A DNA stretch of 64,000 nt, from assembly GCA_946413815.1 (NCBI GenBank), contig CAMKMD010000014.1:1048-65047 (forward strand), given 5' to 3'. Made by a program: the position numbers and the translations under genes. Positions within the stretch are counted from its first letter, which is position 1; every line of letters begins with the position of its first letter. A model generated the notes under the pieces. That model searched no databases and was not told where the DNA came from. It saw only the letters and a program-made list of their open reading frames with translations. Shown here in pieces: positions 9,908 to 18,457 of the stretch. This DNA comes from an uncultured Ruminococcus sp. (GTDB lineage: Bacteria > Bacillota > Clostridia > Oscillospirales > Ruminococcaceae).

Positions 9908-9940
9908 AAACCTCCTCCGGATATCCGGAGGAGGTTTTTT
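9908..9940 (+). terminator. Rho-independent terminator
   Basis: 13-bp stem aaacctcctccgg/ccggaggaggttt, loop atat, then T-run. Confidence 0.85.
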
Positions 9941-10050
9941 AGCCGTCAGTTATTCGTACCGCCTGACAGCGAAGAGCCTGAACATGAAAAGCGGGTCAGA
10001 GGAAATGCACAGCACCCTGTCCTGTTTTGCTTTTCTCTGTAGTAAAGAGG

Positions 10051-10094
10051 TATACAGAATACTGTCATAGTGTATACAGAATACTATCATAGAT
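10051..10094. repeat. Tandem direct repeat, 2 x 22 bp
   Basis: tatacagaatactgtcatagtg (10051-10072) and tatacagaatactatcatagat (10073-10094). One mismatch in the first 20 nt. Confidence 0.9.
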
Positions 10095-10139
10095 ATGCAC
10101 AATAATAGCATCGCCTCCGGATTTCGGCATTAAAATCCA

Positions 10140-10169
10140 TTGACAAGAGGCTGTTTTTCGTGGTAAAAT
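10140..10169 (+). promoter_or_regulatory. SigA-type promoter for the GH74 gene
   Basis: TTGACA (10140-10145), 18-nt spacer ending in TGg, TAAAAT (10164-10169). Confidence 0.5.
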
Positions 10170-10292
10170 AGCCTTAGAAACAATAAAACAAATCATTTGA
10201 CTATATGTGAATCTATAGTTAATAAGTTATAATTATTGCCATCGCTGTCAGTCCTTTAGCACTGGAGGAGACAGCAGAAACGGAGGAAAAAC

Positions 10293-13046
10293 ATGAAATT
10301 ATCAAGCAAGGCTGCGGCAGGGATACTTGCCGTGTGTATCAGTACAGCAATGGCGGCTCAGGCTGTTCCCGCCACCTTTCCCGTGAACGCGGCAACAGCG
10401 AGCATCGCCTCTCAGATGGAATGGGGAACACTGAAGATCGGCGGCGGCGGCTTCGTATCCGGAATCGTTACCGGCAAGAAGACCATGTACGCACGTACCG
10501 ACGTAGGCGGCGCATACAGATTCAACTACGATACCGACAGCTGGGACCAGCTCTTCGGCTTCATCAACGAGGACGACAGAGGACTTCTCAGCGTCGATGC
10601 AATGGCTATCGACCCCACTGATGACAATACGGTGTATTTCCTCTGCGGATGCGCCTATTTCTCGGCAGAAAAGACAGTCATATTCAAGACCACCGACGGA
10701 GGAAAGACCTTCGAGGAATACGATGTTACCGATATGATACAGGTACACGGCAACGGCAACGGCCGTCAGACCGGTGAGTCCATAGCAGTTGATCCTGATG
10801 ACCCGAATACCATCTATTGCGGCGGCGATGTATACGCCGGCGACTCCTGCCTTATCAAGTCCACCGATGGAGGAAAGACCTGGAAGACAGTCAAGAGCTA
10901 CGGCGACCTCGGACTCTATCCCGAGGAGATCAAGTGGCCTACATGGGGCAGCAATATGCGTCATGCCCTCACCAACGGCGAGTACAACACACAGAACGGT
11001 ATAGCAAGTATATACATCTACGGCGGAAAGGTATATGTCGGCACCTCCACCACCGGCAAGAACAGCGTAGTCGTAGCAAGCGTGAAGGATGACAAGTTCA
11101 CCGATATCAGCGGTGACCTTGACAGCGCAAACTATCCCGGCCGTATCACAGGCGACGGAAAGGGCAACATCTTCTTTGCCTTCCAGGGTGCAGTAACAGT
11201 CGGTAGCGGCGGCACCTCCGGCAGTGTCAAGAAGCTTGATACAAAGACCGGAAAGATCACGGATATCTCACCTCTTGCCCACCTCTACAGGACACAGACA
11301 GGCGAGTTCGAGGCGGCCGGACAGGGCGGCTACAGCGGCATCAGCGTAGATCCCGCAAATCCCGACCATATGGTATGCTCCACCTGCGGACTCTTTGCCA
11401 ATGCACAGCTCTGGCAGGAATGGACGGACGAGCACGGTCCGTGCTGGGGCGACAAGTTCTTCAAGTCCGAGGACGGCGGCGAGCACTGGATAGAGACATC
11501 TCCCGGAATCACTCCCTTCTGGGGAAAGCCTCCGATAGCAGACTACCTCGCTGACGGCGGCTACGCATGGATTAGGGACAAGGCTATACACTGGGTAGGC
11601 GCTTATGTCATTGACCCTGTGAAGCCCGACCGCTCCTTCTCCACCTCCGGAAACGGTGTATTCGTATGCGACAATACCTGGGACGAGTTACCTCAGTTCC
11701 ACTTCCAGCCCGACGGCATCGAGGAGGTAGTATCCCTCGATTTCGTAAGCGTTCCCGGCGGTGCTAACTACTCAGCTATCGGCGACTATGACGGCTTCAT
11801 CCACCTTGATAAGGATTCCATCCCCGAGCAGTACGTGCCTAATATGGGTTCCACTTCTGCTATAGCTTACTGCCCCTCCGATACTAAGGTTATGGCAAGA
11901 ACAGCCAACGGCGACGGAAACAATACAGGTAAGGGCTTCTACTCCACAGACGCAGGCCACACCTGGACAGCCTTCGAGCCAAAGTTCACAGGCGGCAAGC
12001 TCTCAATCACAGAGACTGCAAAGGGCAAGTACAGGATAATCAACACAGGCGCCAAAGGCGGAGTTTACTATACCGACGATTTCGGCGCAACCTGGAAGGA
12101 GAGCCAGGGAATACAGGCCTCCAAGGGTGCATACACCCTCGTTGACCTCAACGACCCAAAGATGGTATATGCTTCCGGCGCACAGCATAACGACTACTGG
12201 TCATCCGATACGACCAAGAAAGAGCCCACCCTTGATGAGTCACACTACTCCTTCTATGTCAGCAGCGACTACGGTGCAACTTTCAAGGAGACTCAGGTAT
12301 GTATGTACGGCTACGAGACCTCATGGAAGTTCGAGCATACCGGCGACCTGGCATACCTCTCCAAGGGTACAGTTGCCATGGCAACAGGCAACCACGGTGT
12401 ATACATCTTCTCCGAGAACGGCACGAAGATGGAGCATCTTGACAGCGTTGCATACGCAAAGTGTATCGGCTACGGCGCACCTCAGAAGTCAGGAGACCCC
12501 AATACCCTGTTCATTTACGGCAAGCCCGGTGAGGACGATACCGAGGGCGTTTACCGTTCAACAGACTCAGGCAAGACATGGGTATGTATCAATACCGACC
12601 ACCTCTACGGCGGCACCGGAAACGGCAATTACCTCGTAGGCGATATGAACGAGTTCGGAACAGTATATATGTCCACAGTCGGCTGCGGCATCGTATACGG
12701 AAGGCTCTCCGACGGCACATCAACACCTAAGCCCACAAGCGCACAGCCCACAACAGCTGCTCCCACAAAGGCACAGCCCACAACAGCAGCACCTACAAAG
12801 GAAACAGGCACAGGCAATGTGTACTACGGCGATGCCAACTGCGACGGCAAGGTAACAGTAGCCGATGCAGTAGCAGTTCTCCAGTTCATCGCAAACCAGA
12901 CAAAGTATCCTCTTACAGCTGACGGCCTTGTGAATGCCGATATCGACGGCGAGCTCGGAATAAGCGGACAGGATGCCATCACCATCCAGAAGGTAGATGC
13001 TTCACTTATAAAGCAGACAGACCTTCCGCTGAAGAATACAAAGTAA
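10293..13046 (+). CDS. Glycoside hydrolase family 74-like (xyloglucanase-type twin beta-propeller) with C-terminal dockerin
   Basis: Signal peptide. IGGGGFVSGIVTGKKTMYARTDVGGAYRFNYDTDSWDQL. Seven Asp-box-like motifs (TTDGGKTF, STDGGKTW, SEDGGEHW, STDAGHTW, TDDFGATW, SSDYGATF, STDSGKTW). Pro/Thr linker. Dockerin YGDANCDGKVTVADAVAVLQFIANQTKYPL...NADIDGELGISGQDAITIQK. Confidence 0.85.
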   Translation: MKLSSKAAAGILAVCISTAMAAQAVPATFPVNAATASIASQMEWGTLKIGGGGFVSGIVTGKKTMYARTDVGGAYRFNYDTDSWDQLFGFINEDDRGLLSVDAMAIDPTDDNTVYFLCGCAYFSAEKTVIFKTTDGGKTFEEYDVTDMIQVHGNGNGRQTGESIAVDPDDPNTIYCGGDVYAGDSCLIKSTDGGKTWKTVKSYGDLGLYPEEIKWPTWGSNMRHALTNGEYNTQNGIASIYIYGGKVYVGTSTTGKNSVVVASVKDDKFTDISGDLDSANYPGRITGDGKGNIFFAFQGAVTVGSGGTSGSVKKLDTKTGKITDISPLAHLYRTQTGEFEAAGQGGYSGISVDPANPDHMVCSTCGLFANAQLWQEWTDEHGPCWGDKFFKSEDGGEHWIETSPGITPFWGKPPIADYLADGGYAWIRDKAIHWVGAYVIDPVKPDRSFSTSGNGVFVCDNTWDELPQFHFQPDGIEEVVSLDFVSVPGGANYSAIGDYDGFIHLDKDSIPEQYVPNMGSTSAIAYCPSDTKVMARTANGDGNNTGKGFYSTDAGHTWTAFEPKFTGGKLSITETAKGKYRIINTGAKGGVYYTDDFGATWKESQGIQASKGAYTLVDLNDPKMVYASGAQHNDYWSSDTTKKEPTLDESHYSFYVSSDYGATFKETQVCMYGYETSWKFEHTGDLAYLSKGTVAMATGNHGVYIFSENGTKMEHLDSVAYAKCIGYGAPQKSGDPNTLFIYGKPGEDDTEGVYRSTDSGKTWVCINTDHLYGGTGNGNYLVGDMNEFGTVYMSTVGCGIVYGRLSDGTSTPKPTSAQPTTAAPTKAQPTTAAPTKETGTGNVYYGDANCDGKVTVADAVAVLQFIANQTKYPLTADGLVNADIDGELGISGQDAITIQKVDASLIKQTDLPLKNTK
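12741..12800 (+). repeat. 2 x 30-bp tandem repeat encoding the AQPTTAAPTK linker
   Basis: gcacagcccacaacagctgctcccacaaag / gcacagcccacaacagcagcacctacaaag, 3 mismatches. Confidence 0.9.
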
Positions 13047-13057
13047 ATATCACAAAT

Positions 13058-13085
13058 AAGGGACTGCTCCGGCAGTCCCTTTTTA
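13058..13085 (+). terminator. Rho-independent terminator after the GH74 gene
   Basis: Stem gggactgc/gcagtccc (13060-13067 and 13072-13079), loop tccg, then ttttt. Confidence 0.85.
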
Positions 13086-13195
13086 ATGCGTAATAATAGT
13101 TCAAACAATTAAAGATATCCTCTTCCTATAGCATTCCACTCTTAAATATGTTATAATAAAGGGTAACCTATTTATATCTGAAAGGTCTGAATGAT

Positions 13196-14320
13196 TTGAT
13201 ATATCTTGATAACGCCGCAACCACAAAGCCCTGTCCCGAGGCCGTTAAAGCAGCAGTGAACGCCATGACTGACTGCTTCGGCAATCCCTCCTCTCTCCAC
13301 AGAGCAGGACTTGACGCACAGCTCATCGTGGACGGCGCACGCCGTATCATAGCTGATACCCTCGGAGCAGACAGCTCCTGTATATATTTCACCTCCGGCG
13401 CAACGGAGAGCAATAATCTTGCCCTGCGCGGAGCTGCCGCCGCCTATGGCCGCAGAAAGAAGAGGATAGTCGCATCTTCTGTAGAACACGCCTCCGTTGA
13501 GGAGACTCTTGCATCCCTCGAAAAAAGCGGATTCGAGGTCGTCAGGATATCTCCGGTTGAGGGCAGGTTCCGTGCAGCCGACTTTGTCGCCGCCTGCAAT
13601 GAGGATACCTTCCTTGTGACCATGATGTATGTCAACAACGAGACGGGCTACATACTCCCGGTAAAGGAGACCTTTACAGCGGTGAAGCGCCGTTTCCCGG
13701 ACATCATCACCCACAGCGACTGTGTGCAGGCATATATGAAGCTCCCCGTGAAGCCAGCCGCCCTCGGCGCAGACCTTGTCTCCCTGAGCGGCCATAAGAT
13801 ACACGGCGGAAAGGGATGCGGAGTGCTTTACCTGAGAAAGGGCGCAAGGGTGCTCCCCATAATAACAGGCGGAAAGCAGGAGAAGGGGATACGCTCCGGC
13901 ACTGAGCCCGTTCCGATGATAGCGGCAATGGGAGCAGCGGCAGAGGTACTCGCCCCTACCATAGACAGCCGCTTTGAGAGGGTATCATCCCTCCGCACAC
14001 ACCTCACGGGCCTCCTGTCCGGCATAGAAGGGGTTGAGATAAACTCGCCGGAGGACGGCTCGCCCTATGTGGTGAATATATCCGCCGCCGGCAAGCGTTC
14101 AGAGATAATGCTGCACTATCTTGAGCAGCGTGAGATATACGTATCGAGCGGCTCGGCCTGCTCGAAGGGTCAGCAGAGCGGAGTCCCGGCACAGTTCGGC
14201 ATCACCGGGAAGCGTGCAGATTCGGCTCTCCGCATAAGCATGACAGCAGAAACTACTGAGGAGGAGCTTGAGACGTTTGTACTGGCCCTCCGTGAAGGGA
14301 TAGAAAGCGTAAGAGGATAG
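13196..14320 (+). CDS. Cysteine desulfurase (NifS/IscS class, ThiI partner)
   Basis: TTG start. IYLDNAATTKP, PLP-lysine motif SLSGHKIHGGKGCG, catalytic loop SSGSACS. Located upstream of thiI. Confidence 0.9.
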   Translation: MIYLDNAATTKPCPEAVKAAVNAMTDCFGNPSSLHRAGLDAQLIVDGARRIIADTLGADSSCIYFTSGATESNNLALRGAAAAYGRRKKRIVASSVEHASVEETLASLEKSGFEVVRISPVEGRFRAADFVAACNEDTFLVTMMYVNNETGYILPVKETFTAVKRRFPDIITHSDCVQAYMKLPVKPAALGADLVSLSGHKIHGGKGCGVLYLRKGARVLPIITGGKQEKGIRSGTEPVPMIAAMGAAAEVLAPTIDSRFERVSSLRTHLTGLLSGIEGVEINSPEDGSPYVVNISAAGKRSEIMLHYLEQREIYVSSGSACSKGQQSGVPAQFGITGKRADSALRISMTAETTEEELETFVLALREGIESVRG

Positions 14321-14330
14321 GAGGCGCTTT

Positions 14331-14819
14331 ATGGAAGAAAAAGAAGAGAAGGGCAAAGGCATACTTGTGGGAGTGATATTTCTGCTCCTGCTCATAGCTC
14401 TGCCCACCTTTGCATATTTCAGGACACGCACCGCTGCTGAGATACCAGATTCAAGGAATGCCTCGGCCAGGAGCTGCTATAATGCCCTCGTGGGTATGAC
14501 CATACTTGAAAGTATGCTTCCCCAGCAGGAGACCATCGTCTCGGGAGATATAACCGATTTCAGGATAATCGACCTGGACGCAGGACCCGTCAGCGAGAAG
14601 CCGCTGGTACTTGCGGGAATGGACGAGACCTCCGATGCAAAGCTCTACTACTGGTCTGCCCGCTGTGAAGGCGGCAGGATAAAGGAGGTCTGGCTTTCCG
14701 AGTCGCAGCTCAGCTCCGGACAGCTCCGCCCCTACACGATAGAGGAGCAGAAGAAGCAGACCGGCTTCATCGGAAGGATAGGCTATAAGGTCATAGGCTA
14801 TTACTGCGCAGAGCAGTAA
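14331..14819 (+). CDS. Hypothetical N-terminally membrane-anchored protein
   Basis: RBS aggagg. Single TM ILVGVIFLLLLIALPTFAYF. No recognised motif. Confidence 0.55.
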   Translation: MEEKEEKGKGILVGVIFLLLLIALPTFAYFRTRTAAEIPDSRNASARSCYNALVGMTILESMLPQQETIVSGDITDFRIIDLDAGPVSEKPLVLAGMDETSDAKLYYWSARCEGGRIKEVWLSESQLSSGQLRPYTIEEQKKQTGFIGRIGYKVIGYYCAEQ

Positions 14820-14870
14820 TGTCCGGCAAGACCGCAGATGAACGAATGTATGTTAAGTAAGGAGTTAAAT

Positions 14871-16049
14871 ATGAAAGAGATAGTACTTGTAAAATACGGT
14901 GAAATGGCACTCAAGGGACTCAACAAGAAGACCTTTGAGGATATGCTCACCAAGAACATAAAGCGCAGGATAAAGAGCCTCGGCAGCTTTGTATGCACTT
15001 CTGCCCAGTCCACACTCTATATCGACCCGCAGGACGACAGCATCGACCTCGGTGAAGTGGTTGACCGCGTCGGCAAGATATTCGGCATAGCCGCACTCTG
15101 CCGTGCCTGCGTCTGCGAGAAGGACTTCGCTGATGTATGCACAAAGTCGGTGGAGTACCTCACGGACGTACTGAGCTATGCAAAGACCTTCAAGGTCAAT
15201 GCCAAGCGCTCCGACAAGGCCTTCCCCATGAAGTCGCCTGAGATATGTATGGAGCTCGGAGCTGTTCTGCTGGAGAAGTTCCCGAACCTTATAGTTGATG
15301 TTAAGGAGCCTGAGGTAACGGTCACAGTTGAGATACGCGACACCAACGCCTATGTACACGCTGAGAATATCAAGGGTGCCGGCGGTCTGCCCGTAGGCAG
15401 CAGCGGAAAGGCTCTCCTCCTTCTCTCCGGCGGTATCGACAGCCCCGTTGCAGGCTGGATGATGGCCAAGAGGGGAGTGCAGATAGACGCTATCCATTAC
15501 GTCAGCCCCCCCTATACTTCAGACCGTGCCCGTATGAAGGTTGAGCAGCTCTGCGAGAAGCTGACGGATTACTGCGGCGGCATAGCCTTCCACTGCGTTC
15601 CCTTTACGGAGCTCCAGGAGGCCATCCGCGACCACTGTCCCGAGGAATTCTTCACCATCATCATGCGCCGCCTTATGATGGAGATAGCTCAGCGCATAGC
15701 CGCAAAGGAGAACTGTCTCGCGCTTATTACAGGCGAGAGCGTAGGTCAGGTGGCGAGCCAGACTATGGCAGCTATGGCCTGCACAGATGCTGTATGCCGC
15801 ATACCGGTATTCCGCCCCTGTGTAGGCATGGACAAGACCGAGATAATCGAGATAGCCCGCAAAATAGATACCTTCGATACCTCAGTCCTTCCCTATGAGG
15901 ACTGCTGCACCGTATTCACGCCCCGTCATCCGAAGGTAAGGCCCCGCCTTGCAGACATCGAAAAGGCTCAGGCAGCCTTCGATTTCGAGCCCCTGATACA
16001 GAAGGCGGTCGAAGAGACAGAACTGAAGACATTCACTTATAATAAGTAA
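14871..16049 (+). CDS. thiI: tRNA 4-thiouridine(8) synthase ThiI (no rhodanese domain)
   Basis: MKEIVLVKYGEMALKG N-terminus preceded by RBS aaggag. THUMP region. PP-loop LLLSGGIDSPVA. The ORF-track start at 14838 lacks an RBS. Confidence 0.9.
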   Translation: MKEIVLVKYGEMALKGLNKKTFEDMLTKNIKRRIKSLGSFVCTSAQSTLYIDPQDDSIDLGEVVDRVGKIFGIAALCRACVCEKDFADVCTKSVEYLTDVLSYAKTFKVNAKRSDKAFPMKSPEICMELGAVLLEKFPNLIVDVKEPEVTVTVEIRDTNAYVHAENIKGAGGLPVGSSGKALLLLSGGIDSPVAGWMMAKRGVQIDAIHYVSPPYTSDRARMKVEQLCEKLTDYCGGIAFHCVPFTELQEAIRDHCPEEFFTIIMRRLMMEIAQRIAAKENCLALITGESVGQVASQTMAAMACTDAVCRIPVFRPCVGMDKTEIIEIARKIDTFDTSVLPYEDCCTVFTPRHPKVRPRLADIEKAQAAFDFEPLIQKAVEETELKTFTYNK

Positions 16050-16152
16050 GCATATCAACAATATACATTGTACACAGTATCCAAAAAGGACTGCAGGCGC
16101 ATATCTGAGACGGTCAGAATGGCTGTCTCAGATGAACATCCTGTGATATTCC

Positions 16153-16182
16153 TTGACAATATACAGTAAAATGGTGTACAAT
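16153..16182 (+). promoter_or_regulatory. SigA-type promoter ahead of the sortase genes
   Basis: TTGACA (16153-16158), 18-nt spacer, TACAAT (16177-16182). Confidence 0.45.
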
Positions 16183-16249
16183 AAATAGATAGACAGGAGA
16201 GTGCTGCCTTCCGAAGGCGTGCTGCTTTCTGTTTACGGAGGTGACACAG

Positions 16250-17479
16250 ATGGACGATGAAACAAGGTACCGGGACGAGTACAGCAGCGGCGATATGCGG
16301 CCGCTGAGAAAGCTCCAGCCGGTCAGACCGCAGCAGAGCTACGGCTATGACCAGCAGAACTACAGCCAGCAGAGTTATGGCCAGAATGAACCGGAGCCGC
16401 TTTATGATTACGCTCAGGCTGTGAAGACTAAGAAGAAAAAGAAGAAGGATTCTGTCGGAAGGCGCCTCAGGGCACTTTTCCCCGAAAGAGGCGACGGATT
16501 CCTTGAATCGCTCCGGAAGATAGTATTCCTCGGAGCGCTCGTTGCAATAGTTGTATGCGGCTACCTCGTAGCTGATTACTACCTTGCTCTCTGGAAGGCG
16601 AACCGAGAGAACAAGGCCATAAGCGATATCTATATAACCGAGAGCGAGGAGGCCCCCTGGGAGGAGCCGCCGCCGCCCGAAGTCGATGATACCATGGAGC
16701 TGCTCCCGAGCGCGAAGGAGCTCCTTGAGATAAACCCCGAGACTGTAGGCTATATGATAATCCCCTCAAAGAGCGGCGGTGACCCGATAGTATCTCTCCC
16801 TGTGGTACAGGCAAGAGACAATGACAAGTACCTCACCAGGAGCTTCTACGGCGGTGAATCCATATCCGGCGCACTTTTCCTTGACTGGCGCTGCAGGTAC
16901 GACAAGGTGCTTGACGGCAGGAGGTATATCGACAATTCCGCAAATCAGGTGGTCTACGGCCACAATATGAATGACGGAAGTATGTTCGGCATCCTGAGAA
17001 ACTACAGGAACGACGCCGAATTCTACGGCGAGCATCCGCTTATACAGTTCAATTCCAACTACGCTGAGTATACCTACAAGATATTCTCCTTCTTCATAGT
17101 AGATGCAGCAGACGAGTCCGATACCAAGTATGAGTGCTGGAACACCATCGATTTCAACGGAGCAACAGATTTCTACAACTTCGTCAACGAGGCGAAGAAG
17201 AGATCTCTGAGACTCAACGATGTTGACCTCCAGTACGGCGACAAGCTGCTCACCCTTTCAACCTGCAATACCATTTTCGGCAAGACAGGAAGAGGAAGAC
17301 TTATCATCATGGCAAGAATGGTGCGCACCTATGAGGATCCCTACGAGGGCACCGAGAACAGCCGTGCAAACCCGAATATCAAATGGCCGAATCTCTGTTA
17401 TGAGTACGGCGGATACCAGCGCTACAATCCAGATGCAGAATTCGTTCCTTACGGTCCTGCGGAAAATGAGGAGCAGTAA
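16250..17479 (+). CDS. Class-B-like sortase with long Gln/Tyr-rich cytoplasmic N-terminus
   Basis: GGAGG 8 nt before the ATG at 16250. Poly-Lys stretch then TM. Catalytic His VYGHNMNDGSMFG, Cys LLTLSTCN, Arg RLIIMARMVR. Confidence 0.75.
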   Translation: MDDETRYRDEYSSGDMRPLRKLQPVRPQQSYGYDQQNYSQQSYGQNEPEPLYDYAQAVKTKKKKKKDSVGRRLRALFPERGDGFLESLRKIVFLGALVAIVVCGYLVADYYLALWKANRENKAISDIYITESEEAPWEEPPPPEVDDTMELLPSAKELLEINPETVGYMIIPSKSGGDPIVSLPVVQARDNDKYLTRSFYGGESISGALFLDWRCRYDKVLDGRRYIDNSANQVVYGHNMNDGSMFGILRNYRNDAEFYGEHPLIQFNSNYAEYTYKIFSFFIVDAADESDTKYECWNTIDFNGATDFYNFVNEAKKRSLRLNDVDLQYGDKLLTLSTCNTIFGKTGRGRLIIMARMVRTYEDPYEGTENSRANPNIKWPNLCYEYGGYQRYNPDAEFVPYGPAENEEQ

Positions 17480-17487
17480 TTTTACCC

Positions 17488-18429
17488 ATGAAAAAGAATG
17501 CAAAGATCATTACCGCCTGTGCAGCCGTCGTTCTTGCGGCAGCCGGTGCAGGCACAGCGATACACTTTCTGAACAAGCCGGAGCCAGAGGCACCGGCCGA
17601 GACTCCCGCCACAGTTACAGAAGCCCCCACCGAGCCCCCCACGGAGCCTCCTACCGATATGGTATACGACTATGTTGAGGAGTCCGGCGGAATAACCCCT
17701 CTCGGCAGATCACTGCTGAAGATCAACAAGGATATCGTTGGCTGGATAAGGATACCCGGAACAGCTGTCGATTATCCCTTCACCCGTGATCCCGGCAAGA
17801 TACCCGCCGGAAACGAGTACTATAACGGGGAGGAATTTGATTCCAACTACTTCTACCTTGACCACGACCTTGACGGCACTTTCAAGCGTGAAGGCACGCT
17901 CTACTGCGACTGGCGCGACAACCTCACGCCTGTTGACTGGCTCCAGTCCGAGAATCTTGTGATCTACGGACACAACATGGCAAACGGTACCATGTTCGGC
18001 GAGCTGAGAAGATACCGTCAGGACTATACCTACTGGGAGAGAGCTCCCTTTGTGGAGGTAGACACTCTCTACGAGCACTACGACTATGTTGTGTGCAACG
18101 CCATCATCACAGGAGGAAACTGGTATTCAGATTTCATTTACTGGGATATGGAGGAGCTTGACAGCGAGGAGCAGTTCAACTACTACATGGATACCGTCCG
18201 CAGCAAGCAGCTGTTCAATACCGGTATCGACGTGGAGTACGGCGACAAGATACTGACTCTTTCCACCTGCTACTCCGACGAGGACAATTCACGTTTCCTC
18301 GTTATCGCAAGGCGTCTGCGTCCCGGCGAGGTCTGCGGAGATCTTGCCACAGTAAGGGGAACACCGGCTTATAAGGCGGCACACCCCGAGGAATACGCCG
18401 AGGAGAAGACGGATCCGACAGAAGACTGA
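17488..18429 (+). CDS. Class-B-like sortase (second copy)
   Basis: N-terminal TM and Pro/Glu/Thr linker. VIYGHNMANGTMFGELRRY, ILTLSTCY, RFLVIARRLR. Confidence 0.8.
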   Translation: MKKNAKIITACAAVVLAAAGAGTAIHFLNKPEPEAPAETPATVTEAPTEPPTEPPTDMVYDYVEESGGITPLGRSLLKINKDIVGWIRIPGTAVDYPFTRDPGKIPAGNEYYNGEEFDSNYFYLDHDLDGTFKREGTLYCDWRDNLTPVDWLQSENLVIYGHNMANGTMFGELRRYRQDYTYWERAPFVEVDTLYEHYDYVVCNAIITGGNWYSDFIYWDMEELDSEEQFNYYMDTVRSKQLFNTGIDVEYGDKILTLSTCYSDEDNSRFLVIARRLRPGEVCGDLATVRGTPAYKAAHPEEYAEEKTDPTED

Positions 18430-18457
18430 TCCGTAACGGACACCAAAGGAGTAATTT

